Source of the DNA: Marispirochaeta sp.
GTDB taxonomy: Bacteria; Spirochaetota; Spirochaetia; JC444; Marispirochaetaceae
Assembly: GCA_963676835.2 (NCBI GenBank)
Contig: CAXXFF010000002.1
Coordinates: 608,001-672,000 of the forward strand
Reading direction: 5' to 3'
Length of the DNA stretch: 64,000 bases
Part shown: piece by piece, positions 53,553 through 61,843 of the stretch
How the letters are laid out: every line of letters begins with the position of its first letter
Position numbering within the stretch: the first letter of the stretch is position 1
Notes under the pieces: model-generated
Told to the model about the DNA's origin: nothing
Databases searched by the model: none
What the model saw: the letters and a program-made list of their open reading frames with translations, nothing else
Program-made: the position numbers and the translations under genes

Positions 53553-54428
53553 ATGAACATCAATTATAAACAGCCCCAGGTTATTGCAGAGATTGGCTGC
53601 AACCATAAAGGGGAGATGGAGATTGCCAAAGAACTGATAAAGATGGCATCGTTTTTCTGTAAAGCACCGGTTGCTAAATTTCAGAAACGTACTCCAAAAG
53701 AGCTGTTAAGTGAGGAACAGTACAATGCTCCCCACCCGAATCCGATGCATTCTTATGGTGATACCTACGGCGCCCACCGGGAGTTTCTCGAATTCTCTCT
53801 AGACCAGCACCGGGAGTTGAAAGAGTATTGTGAGGAAAATGAAATTATCTACAGCTCCTCAGTGTGGGATATGACCTCGGCCAAGGAGATTGCAACCCTT
53901 GATCCTGAATTGATAAAGATCCCGTCGGCAATGAACACCCATAATGCGATGCTTAGCTTTCTGTGTGATGAATATGGCGGGCAGATCCATATTTCAACCG
54001 GTATGTCGACTCAGGATGAAGTTGATGCCATGGTTAAGCTGTTTGAGAGCAAAAGCAGGGCAAAGGACCTGGTGCTTTATGCCTGTACCTCCGGATATCC
54101 TGTGCCGTTTGAAGATGTAAAGCTTCTTGATATCCCGGATCTTATTGAACGTTATGGGGCAAGAGTCGGAAGTATCGGTTTTTCCGGACATCATCTTGGT
54201 ATCGCTATCGATGTGGCAGCCTATGCGCTTGGTGCAACCTGGATAGAGCGGCATTTTACCCTGGACCGTACCTGGAAAGGTACCGACCATGCAGCTTCCC
54301 TTGAACCGGACGGTCTGCGCAGGGTAGTACGGGATCTGAATGCTACATATAAATCCATGGGTCGCAAGGATGGCGGTCTTCTGGATATTGAAATAGAGCA
54401 GCGGGAAAAGCTTAAGTGGCGCAGTTAA
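53553..54428 (+). CDS. NeuB-family synthase without SAF domain (Kdn-9-P/Neu5Ac-9-P synthase-like)
   Basis: IAEIGCNHKG, KFQKR, CTSGYP, GFSGHH, IERHFTLDR, GTDHAASLE. Confidence 0.88.
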   Translation: MNINYKQPQVIAEIGCNHKGEMEIAKELIKMASFFCKAPVAKFQKRTPKELLSEEQYNAPHPNPMHSYGDTYGAHREFLEFSLDQHRELKEYCEENEIIYSSSVWDMTSAKEIATLDPELIKIPSAMNTHNAMLSFLCDEYGGQIHISTGMSTQDEVDAMVKLFESKSRAKDLVLYACTSGYPVPFEDVKLLDIPDLIERYGARVGSIGFSGHHLGIAIDVAAYALGATWIERHFTLDRTWKGTDHAASLEPDGLRRVVRDLNATYKSMGRKDGGLLDIEIEQREKLKWRS

Positions 54429-54445
54429 GGGAAGAGAATTAACGG

Positions 54446-55183
54446 ATGGTAACTGCTTTTATTCCGGTTCGCGGCGGGAGTAAATCAATCCCGCTGAAGA
54501 ATATAAAATCTTTCTGCGGCAGACCGCTGGTGTACTGGAATCTGCAGGCTTTGGAGGAAACCCCGGGCGTTGATCACATAGTAGTGGCTACTGACAGCGA
54601 CGAAATCGACGTCGTGGTGAAGTCTTTCGGCTTTTCAAAGGTGGCAGTGTATAGGAGAGGTGAGGAAAATGCATCTGATACCGCCTCTACAGAATCTGTT
54701 ATGCTTGAATACCTTCAGGCCTGTCCCATTCCGGGTAACGATCTATTTATGCTGGTCCAGGCTACATCTCCGCTTACCAGAAGGGAAGATTTTTCCCAAG
54801 CATTGAAGATCTACGAATCATCCAATTGTGACAGCCTGCTCTCCTGTGTACGTACCAAGCGCTTTTTCTGGACTGAAGAAGGAAAGCCGATAAATTATGA
54901 CTACCGAAACCGTCCGCGCCGGCAGGAGTTCGAAGGCTTGATGATGGAAAACGGTGCGTTTTACATAAACAGAGCAGAGAATGTTCTCCGGGATAAAAAC
55001 CGTCTTTCCGGACAGATTTCTGTCTACGAAATGCCGGAGTTTACATCTGTGGAAATTGATGAACCGGATGACTGGGTTATTGCAGAATCAATAATGAGAA
55101 AAAACTCCCCTGAACGGATTAAACTCAGTGAAGGGCGTGAAGATATCCGACTCAATCATCTTTTGGAAGAAAAGAATGGCTGA
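54446..55183 (+). CDS. Acylneuraminate cytidylyltransferase
   Basis: IPVRGGSKSIPLKNI, QATSPL, RPRRQE, ENGAFY, EIDEPDD. Confidence 0.9.
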   Translation: MVTAFIPVRGGSKSIPLKNIKSFCGRPLVYWNLQALEETPGVDHIVVATDSDEIDVVVKSFGFSKVAVYRRGEENASDTASTESVMLEYLQACPIPGNDLFMLVQATSPLTRREDFSQALKIYESSNCDSLLSCVRTKRFFWTEEGKPINYDYRNRPRRQEFEGLMMENGAFYINRAENVLRDKNRLSGQISVYEMPEFTSVEIDEPDDWVIAESIMRKNSPERIKLSEGREDIRLNHLLEEKNG

Positions 55184-56387
55184 CGAAAAAGATATTCCCC
55201 CCCTTGCAGCCTGTGGCAGATTTCTTGTTGCAGAAAACAGAAATTCAGATCTTTCCGTTGATGACCGTCTGAAAATACAGCGGCGTACACTGTACGGGAA
55301 AATCCTGGGAAAGCTCTATCGTACTGGATGGGCGGGAGGCTTTTTGTTCCTGCTGTTTTCTGTATACAAACGGGATTCTGTAATAAATTTTCGGAATATG
55401 ATCATTGCAGACCATTCCAGCAGGGTAATCCATAACTCACTCAAAAGGGTCTGGGGTGCCGGATATGAAAAAAATATACGGAAAAATCGGGCATCCCTGC
55501 TTTCAGCCTATGTCTCTTTGTTTTCCAATTACCGGAAACTAAAATCCGCTTATAAAATTGCCCGGGTTGCTCATGTAACCGAATATGTACGTCTTATCCG
55601 GCTGTTTCATTTCTATATTGTCTGGAAAGCCTGGTTTCAGAAGAATAAAGCTGTATCTGCCCTGATTGCCCGAACCAACGATCAGAATAGACTTGCTCTC
55701 GGTGTGGCGGTAGAGGAACTCAATATTCCCCTGGCGCTGTTTACCATTGCACGCACAGCAATTCCCCGTCTTGTTCCATTTGCCGTAGCTGAAGCATTCT
55801 GCTGGACCACGTTGCAAGCGAAAGAGTATCAGAAAGCCGGTGTTTCTGCGTTACGAATGCCGGTGCCTTTTATAAAAGAGATGAAACTGCCGGTTCCTGA
55901 ATCCTCTGCTGCTGTAACTGGAATGCTTCTGAATGCTAAGGTTGATGTACAGAAACTGAAGGATTGGATTGCTGCCGCTGAAGGTACAGGTATACGGAAT
56001 ATTCAGCTGCGGCCGCACCCCGGGTATGATGTTTCCAGGCTATATAGTCTGGACAATGTCAGCATATGCGACTGGCATCAGCCCCTGGGGGAATATCTTG
56101 ATTCTCTGGATATGGTGTTCGCCCTCAATACTCACGCGGTTATTGAAGCACTGCTGCACGGTGTTCCTGTTGTCTATATCGGTGGTTTAGATCCCTATGA
56201 ATTTGATCTGCACGGATTCGTGCAATCGGGTATAACTATAGCTTATTCTGACTCATTGAAGATTCCACAGGAAGTCAGTGAATTCTATGGATCTGACAAA
56301 TTTAAGCAAATGTGGAATCCGAATGAATTTGAAACAGATCCAGGCCCCGAACGGGCAGCTCTGGAAAAACTTGCCGGGAGTTCCTGA
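55176..56387 (+). CDS. Hypothetical protein, probable GT-B capsule/sialyltransferase-like
   Basis: C-terminal LRPHP and AVIEALLHGVPVV; ATG 55176 overlaps the upstream gene's end. Confidence 0.55.
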   Translation: MADEKDIPPLAACGRFLVAENRNSDLSVDDRLKIQRRTLYGKILGKLYRTGWAGGFLFLLFSVYKRDSVINFRNMIIADHSSRVIHNSLKRVWGAGYEKNIRKNRASLLSAYVSLFSNYRKLKSAYKIARVAHVTEYVRLIRLFHFYIVWKAWFQKNKAVSALIARTNDQNRLALGVAVEELNIPLALFTIARTAIPRLVPFAVAEAFCWTTLQAKEYQKAGVSALRMPVPFIKEMKLPVPESSAAVTGMLLNAKVDVQKLKDWIAAAEGTGIRNIQLRPHPGYDVSRLYSLDNVSICDWHQPLGEYLDSLDMVFALNTHAVIEALLHGVPVVYIGGLDPYEFDLHGFVQSGITIAYSDSLKIPQEVSEFYGSDKFKQMWNPNEFETDPGPERAALEKLAGSS

Positions 56388-56389
56388 TT

Positions 56390-58294
56390 GTGAATTTACT
56401 GAAGCATCCTGTAGAAAGGCTCCTTTACTTTATAAAAACCGACTTGCTGAAAAAGAAAGGGAAGCGGCGTTATATTCATCCACGTCTCGGTGTAGAAGGT
56501 TTTTTCCGGGAATTGAAATCCCGGGATATTTCCTACTCTGTCCTGCGCTGGTTTGAGACACTGCCTCATGTTGAAGACGGCGAGGATATCGACCTTCTTT
56601 TTGCTGACAGGGATATTCATAGAATAGACGATCTGTTTACCGGTACAAGATCCTGGGGAACCCCATGCGATATCTATACTTCAAGCGGTCTTCCGGGAAC
56701 CTCCTTCAGAGGGATAGCCTATTTTCCTGATCACATTGCCAATGAACTTCTGGACACGGCTGTCTGGCAGGATGAGCTGATCCGGGTACCAAATCCCCGC
56801 ACCCATTATCTCTCAATGATGTACCATATCCTTTATCATAAAGGGTATGAATCCGGACTTCCTTCATCACTGGCGAATCAGAATGACCGTGAACTCCCGA
56901 TGCCGGAAACGGTGGATCATGACTATCCCGCTGTTCTTGCGTCATGTGCAAAGAACGCTGGTATGGAGCTTCCGGAAATAAGTCTTGAATCTCTGGATAA
57001 ATTTTTAGCGGTCCAGGGCTGGCAACCGGCAAAAGATGCTCTTGAAAAGCTTTCTGCACGTAATCTGTGGGTACACGACCGTTTTTTTGCTGATAAGGAA
57101 ACACTTGATTCTCTTTGGAACGGTTTTTCTGTTTTTATTGTTCGGGAACGGGGTATGGATTTTATCGATACGATTCGTTCTGTTCTGCAGGAGGCAGGGT
57201 TTGAAATTCTTCTTGAACAATCATTGTCCGGAGATGCAAAGGAGCGTGCATCAAAAAACCTGCGGGGTGGAAACTGGAACCGCGGTCCCTGGCCGGTCAG
57301 CGGCGGACTGCCTGCATATTTAATAGCGGTAAATGACAGTTTTCCTCTTGAACCACCCGCAAAGCTGAAGGAAAAGCATAACGGTCTTGCAAACAGCCGT
57401 CTGTGGGATACAAAGATACGTATCCGGGATGCAGTTAACGCACAGCAGCCTAAAGAGGAACAATGCAATATCCTCCATTCAGCGGATAATTCCCATCAGG
57501 CACTGGAGTATTTTCAAACAGCTTTACCGGGAGCAAGTCTTAAGCAGATAGAATTACAGCTTGAAAATGCAGCATCTGCTACCCGGCTTCCCTTAACCGA
57601 ACTTGAAGTTTTCAACGGACACTCCCGCAGGGCAAAGGTCTCCCGGGTGCAGTACAATGATATTACGGCCGTAGCCAAGGTCTACCGTCCCGGCCGGGAA
57701 CGGTTCCTGCAGCGGGAACTGTTGGCTCGAAGTCTGGGAAAGAGCCTTCCAGAGATGACACCTGTACTGGGTCATGGTGAGTCCTGGTTTATTATGCCCG
57801 AATACAGGGATGTTCTGTACCGGAACCGCCTGCTGCCATTGAAGGTTGTTAAACGGACCCGGGAGATCATCCTTCACTTCAGACAGGCCGGATATGAATT
57901 GATTGATTTCAAGCCGAAGAATCTGATTATCGATGAGACAGAGGGGCTCAAGATAATCGATTTTGAGTTTATGCAGAAAGGAGATGGTCCTTCCTCGGAT
58001 TTTATCGGCAATTATTGCTGGTTTCAGATACCAGCTTCCTTTAGTGGAGATGTCCCGGTAATGCGGAAGAGTCGCCGGCGTTGTTACTACCGGTTCTGGT
58101 TTTCTTCTACCGGGATTCCACTCTTTTTTCTTATGTACGATTTTCCCCTTCCAATTCTTGCGGCTGCCCGTGTTTTTGGTATGTTTCCCGCATGGGGCAT
58201 GCGCTTCCTGCGTAATGCCAGACCATCATTTTCCCGTTTTAAAACCCGTGTTAAAAAAGGTATAATATCACTCGCAAAAAAGGTTCTTGGTTGA
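56390..58294 (+). CDS. Multidomain protein: nucleotidyltransferase-like + NDK-like + kinase-like
   Basis: YSVLRW...LP...EDIDLL; NILHSADN..QALEYF; VAKVY...IDFKPKNLII...IIDFE. Confidence 0.55.
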   Translation: MNLLKHPVERLLYFIKTDLLKKKGKRRYIHPRLGVEGFFRELKSRDISYSVLRWFETLPHVEDGEDIDLLFADRDIHRIDDLFTGTRSWGTPCDIYTSSGLPGTSFRGIAYFPDHIANELLDTAVWQDELIRVPNPRTHYLSMMYHILYHKGYESGLPSSLANQNDRELPMPETVDHDYPAVLASCAKNAGMELPEISLESLDKFLAVQGWQPAKDALEKLSARNLWVHDRFFADKETLDSLWNGFSVFIVRERGMDFIDTIRSVLQEAGFEILLEQSLSGDAKERASKNLRGGNWNRGPWPVSGGLPAYLIAVNDSFPLEPPAKLKEKHNGLANSRLWDTKIRIRDAVNAQQPKEEQCNILHSADNSHQALEYFQTALPGASLKQIELQLENAASATRLPLTELEVFNGHSRRAKVSRVQYNDITAVAKVYRPGRERFLQRELLARSLGKSLPEMTPVLGHGESWFIMPEYRDVLYRNRLLPLKVVKRTREIILHFRQAGYELIDFKPKNLIIDETEGLKIIDFEFMQKGDGPSSDFIGNYCWFQIPASFSGDVPVMRKSRRRCYYRFWFSSTGIPLFFLMYDFPLPILAAARVFGMFPAWGMRFLRNARPSFSRFKTRVKKGIISLAKKVLG

Positions 58295-58298
58295 TTGA

Positions 58299-59144
58299 AT
58301 GAAAGAGAGTACAGTTTCCCCCCGTGTATCAGTAGTAATCCCCACCTACAAGCGTCCCGAGGAGCTTAAACGCGCTCTTACCAGCATACTGACCCAGGAC
58401 TACAAGGATATAGAAATCGTAATAATCGACGATAACCATCCCGGATCAGATACCCGGAAGGCAACCGAAGAAGCCGTCGGCAGTATTCAGGGCCCTTTGG
58501 TTCACTTAAAGAATGAAAAATCTCTCGGCGGAGGCGGCGCCCGCAACCGGGGTATCGAAAATGCCAGGGGTGAATATATCGCCTTCCTGGATGATGATGA
58601 TGAATGGCTGCCGGGTAAACTGAAACAACAGGTAGACCTGCTGGACAGCCTGCCTGAGACTGTCTGCAGTATCGATACCGGCTTTATCGAGATAGATGAA
58701 ATAAAAGGGACAACCAAAGAGGTAAAACCAGCACTTCGGGGGAGCATTTTCGACGAACTGCTGGTTAAACATAAAGGCCGGGCACCCAAGCTTTCTTCAA
58801 TGCTCTGTAGAACTGGGGCCTTGAGGGATATCGGCATGTTCGATGTTTCTCTTCCTGCACGTCAGGACCTGGATCTGTATCTGCGCCTGGCCCGGAAATA
58901 TACCTTTGAGTTTATCGAAGCTCCTCTGGTTAATAAGTATATCCACGGTTCAGACCGTATAACCAGCAATATAAAAAGCAAGATCACCGGCTTTGATATT
59001 TTCTATAAAAAGTACCGGGATGATTTTGCAACCAGACCCCATCTGCACCGCATATTTTTAAGAAAACAGGCGCTGTGGCTGTTGTATGATAAGCGTTTTC
59101 TACGCGGGTTTAGTCAGCTTGTACGGAGTTTTTTCCTGCGGTAG
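58299..59144 (+). CDS. GT2 family glycosyltransferase
   Basis: VSVVIPTYKR, IIDD, ARNRGI, FLDDDDEW, QDLDLYLRL. Confidence 0.93.
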   Translation: MKESTVSPRVSVVIPTYKRPEELKRALTSILTQDYKDIEIVIIDDNHPGSDTRKATEEAVGSIQGPLVHLKNEKSLGGGGARNRGIENARGEYIAFLDDDDEWLPGKLKQQVDLLDSLPETVCSIDTGFIEIDEIKGTTKEVKPALRGSIFDELLVKHKGRAPKLSSMLCRTGALRDIGMFDVSLPARQDLDLYLRLARKYTFEFIEAPLVNKYIHGSDRITSNIKSKITGFDIFYKKYRDDFATRPHLHRIFLRKQALWLLYDKRFLRGFSQLVRSFFLR

Positions 59145-59183
59145 GAGCCCGCTCTTACTGTTAGAAGTCTATGCTGAGTTCCA

Positions 59184-59268
59184 ACCCTTACCCCGCCCCT
59201 TTTCCAAAAGGAAAGGGAAGCTCCCATTCCTCTCCCCTCGCTCTTTGGGAGGGGCCGGGGGTGAGGGT
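59184..59268. repeat. REP-like nested hairpin element
   Basis: Outer arms ACCCTTACCCC / GGGGTGAGGGT (1 mismatch) enclosing two pyrimidine/purine hairpins. Confidence 0.7.
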
Positions 59269-59410
59269 AAGCATTTTCAGGCAGAAATTTAATAATAACC
59301 AGCTGTCGTAACTGAATACTTTAAGCCACCTGTTCCTGGTGCGTTTTCTTTTGACACAGTGGTCTTGAATCCCTGTTTGCGTCTTGCAAATTCGGTGTAC
59401 ACTGTCTTCC

Positions 59411-60094
59411 ATGATTATCGAATTTACCGGCCTTCCCGGCAGCGGGAAGTCATATATCTCCCGGCTTACAGGTGAAAAACTACGTGAAGCCGGTAAAAAA
59501 GTCACAGAGCCGTCCCGTATCATAGGTCATTCTCCTTCTCTTCCGCGGATGGCGGCAAAATTGTTCCATGCATTTCTCTTCATTCTTCTTCATCCTTTTC
59601 TGTCTGCGGGGATCTATCACTCCGTTAACGCAACCGGTCAGAAAAGTCTCTCCAGCTTAATCAAATCCCTGTTGAACATCTATTTTCTCCTCAGCCTTGT
59701 GCTCCGGCACCGAAATTCCCGAAGCATTGTGCTTCTGGATCAGGGGCTGGTTCAGGGGGTGGTCTCCATTGTCTACGGAGCATCCGGGGCTCTTCCTATT
59801 TTTATTAAAAAAATTCCGCTTCCTGATATGCTGATCCGGGTGCATGTTTCCCCGGAAACCGCAGCTTCCAGGCTGGCTGCGCGAAAAAGCGGGGGAGGAA
59901 GCCGGGTGGAAAAGGACCCGGTGAATGAGCTGAAGCAGTTTGGTACAGCTCTTGAACGGGTCGAGGAAATTCTTTTAAAAGATGTTCCAGTTGTCATAAC
60001 GGCTGACAATGAGGATAATAACCCTGTTGATCTAATAAACAGACTATGTCGTGATATTCTTGACATCATGGGTAACAAAGGAAAACAGCTATGA
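59411..60094 (+). CDS. P-loop NMP/thymidylate-kinase-like protein
   Basis: MIIEFTGLPGSGKS, VLLDQG, PDMLIRV...RL..R. Confidence 0.7.
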   Translation: MIIEFTGLPGSGKSYISRLTGEKLREAGKKVTEPSRIIGHSPSLPRMAAKLFHAFLFILLHPFLSAGIYHSVNATGQKSLSSLIKSLLNIYFLLSLVLRHRNSRSIVLLDQGLVQGVVSIVYGASGALPIFIKKIPLPDMLIRVHVSPETAASRLAARKSGGGSRVEKDPVNELKQFGTALERVEEILLKDVPVVITADNEDNNPVDLINRLCRDILDIMGNKGKQL

Positions 60095-61053
60095 AAATTC
60101 TTATCACCGGCGCCGCCGGATTTATCGGCTCAAACCTGTCCAGACGGCTTCTGGGAAAAAATAATTCAATTGTCTGTGTAGACAACTTCGATCCTTTCTA
60201 TGACCGAAGCGTAAAAGAGAAAAACATTACTGATCTTTTGAAGAACCCGGGCTTTAAATTGCTTGAAGAGAATATCATCGATGAGACCGCAATGAAAAAG
60301 GTTGTAGCTGAAGAAACACCAGAAATGATTATCCACCTTGCGGCAAAGGCCGGAGTTCGTCCTTCCATTGAGGATCCCGCCGGTTATTCCCGGACAAACA
60401 TAAACGGTTTAATTTCGGTACTCGAAGCAGCCAAAGCGGCCGGGGTAAAGGATATTATCTTTGCCTCCTCTTCGTCAGTTTATGGAAATACAAAAGAGGT
60501 TCCCTTCTCGGAGAAGGCATTTGTTGATCATCCTATTTCACCATACGCTGCAACCAAGAAAGCCGGGGAACTGCTCTGCAACACTTATAGCCATCTGAAT
60601 GGCATGAGGATTGCTTCTTTAAGGTTTTTTACGGTTTATGGCCCGGGTCAGCGTCCCGATCTGGCTATTGCCAAGTTTACCCGTATGATTGATCAGGGAC
60701 AGGAGATTCCTTTCTATGGTGACGGCAGTACGGAGCGGGATTATACATTTATCGAGGATATTCTTGGTGGTATTGAAGGTGTAATGGGCTGGCTTGTTCA
60801 GCAGCCGGAAAAGACCCACGAGGTATTCAACCTTGGTGAATCCCATACTACAACTTTGTCTGATATGGTTACCATAATTGAAAATGCCCTTGGGAAAAAA
60901 GCGAAACTCAACAGAATGCCTCTGCAGCCCGGGGATGTTTCCCGAACATATGCGGATATAAGTAAGGCAAAAGAGTTCTTTGGATATAATCCGTCTACTT
61001 TGTTAAAAGAAGGAATCCCAAAATACGTTGAGTGGTATCGGAAGCAGGACTAG
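60091..61053 (+). CDS. NAD-dependent epimerase (UDP-glucuronate 4-epimerase-like)
   Basis: TGAAGFIG, HLAAKAGVR, SSSSVYG, YAATKK, GQRPDLA, QPGDV. Confidence 0.9.
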   Translation: MKILITGAAGFIGSNLSRRLLGKNNSIVCVDNFDPFYDRSVKEKNITDLLKNPGFKLLEENIIDETAMKKVVAEETPEMIIHLAAKAGVRPSIEDPAGYSRTNINGLISVLEAAKAAGVKDIIFASSSSVYGNTKEVPFSEKAFVDHPISPYAATKKAGELLCNTYSHLNGMRIASLRFFTVYGPGQRPDLAIAKFTRMIDQGQEIPFYGDGSTERDYTFIEDILGGIEGVMGWLVQQPEKTHEVFNLGESHTTTLSDMVTIIENALGKKAKLNRMPLQPGDVSRTYADISKAKEFFGYNPSTLLKEGIPKYVEWYRKQD

Positions 61054-61067
61054 CTTATACCCTCTAT

Positions 61068-61106
61068 TCCCCTTCTCCTTCTGGGAGAAGGGACAGGGAT
61101 GAGGGG
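61068..61106. repeat. Half copy of the REP-like element
   Basis: CCCTTCTCC-TTCTG-GGAGAAGGG hairpin followed by ACAGGGATGAGGGG, resembling the right half of 59184-59268. Confidence 0.6.
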
Positions 61107-61203
61107 CGGATTTAACGCAGGCTGCTGAAATAAAGCAATAATTAACGTCTTCAATGGAAAGCGCGAAGCTCAGGCTGCTAATCACTTAAGATTTTCACGA
61201 ATA

Positions 61204-61232
61204 TTGCCTGCTAAAATGATATTGCGTATTAT
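61204..61232 (+). promoter_or_regulatory. Sigma70-type promoter of hicBA
   Basis: TTGCCT (61204-61209), 17 nt, TATTAT (61227-61232). Confidence 0.55.
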
Positions 61233-61268
61233 GAAGTAGAAGGGAATTTGAAACCGGGAGGACTTTAA

Positions 61269-61478
61269 ATGAACACATATACTGCTATTATTGAACGGGA
61301 CGGTGAATGGTATTTCGGGTTTACTCCGGAAGTCCCGGGGGCTAATGGGCAGGGGCGAACCGTTGAAGAGTGTAAAAAAAATCTTGCCGAAGCAATATCG
61401 CTTATTCTCGAAGACCTTCGTGACGACTATTCCCGTGGCTTACCAGACGATGCGATTAAAGAGACCATTACTACGTGA
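61269..61478 (+). CDS. hicB: HicB family antitoxin (short, no DNA-binding domain)
   Basis: YTAIIERDGEWY...PEVPGANGQG.TVEE...NLAEAI; GGAGG RBS. Confidence 0.9.
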   Translation: MNTYTAIIERDGEWYFGFTPEVPGANGQGRTVEECKKNLAEAISLILEDLRDDYSRGLPDDAIKETITT

Positions 61479-61666
61479 AACGAACTGCTTTTCTTAAGCA
61501 TTTACGCAAACATCGTTGTTATTTAAAAAGGGAAGGCTCTGCACATTCGCTATGGATTAATTCTGCCAATGGTGCGATTCAGGCGATACCGAGGCATTCT
61601 GAACTATCGGATGCCCTGTGCCGGAAAATATGTAAAGACATGAAAATCCCATTCACCAGATCTTGA
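61475..61666 (+). CDS. hicA: HicA family toxin (mRNA interferase)
   Basis: LKHL....C.L.REGSAH, IPRHSE; coupled to hicB through GTGA. Confidence 0.9.
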   Translation: MKRTAFLKHLRKHRCYLKREGSAHSLWINSANGAIQAIPRHSELSDALCRKICKDMKIPFTRS

Positions 61667-61720
61667 GGTGTTGCCTGTTGTTCCCGGCAATTTTTACAGA
61701 GTATATGAATTTTCTCCAGC

Positions 61721-61843
61721 GGTGATGTTCAGAGGATCTACGCGGATATCAGCAAGGCTAGGGAATTTTTTAGGTACAGTCCTTCAACATTGCGCAAAGA
61801 AGGAATCCCAAAATACGTTGAGTGGTATCGGAAGCAGGACTAG
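61721..61843 (+). pseudogene. Remnant 3' end (40 codons + stop) of an epimerase gene homologous to 60091-61053
   Basis: Translates GDVQRIYADISKAREFFRYSPSTLRKEGIPKYVEWYRKQD*; 34/40 aa identical to 60931-61053; last 48 bp identical. Confidence 0.9.

Noticed and set aside
60931..61843. Diversity-generating retroelement TR/VR pair
   Set aside because: Differences are not adenine-specific, are mostly synonymous, and no reverse transcriptase is present
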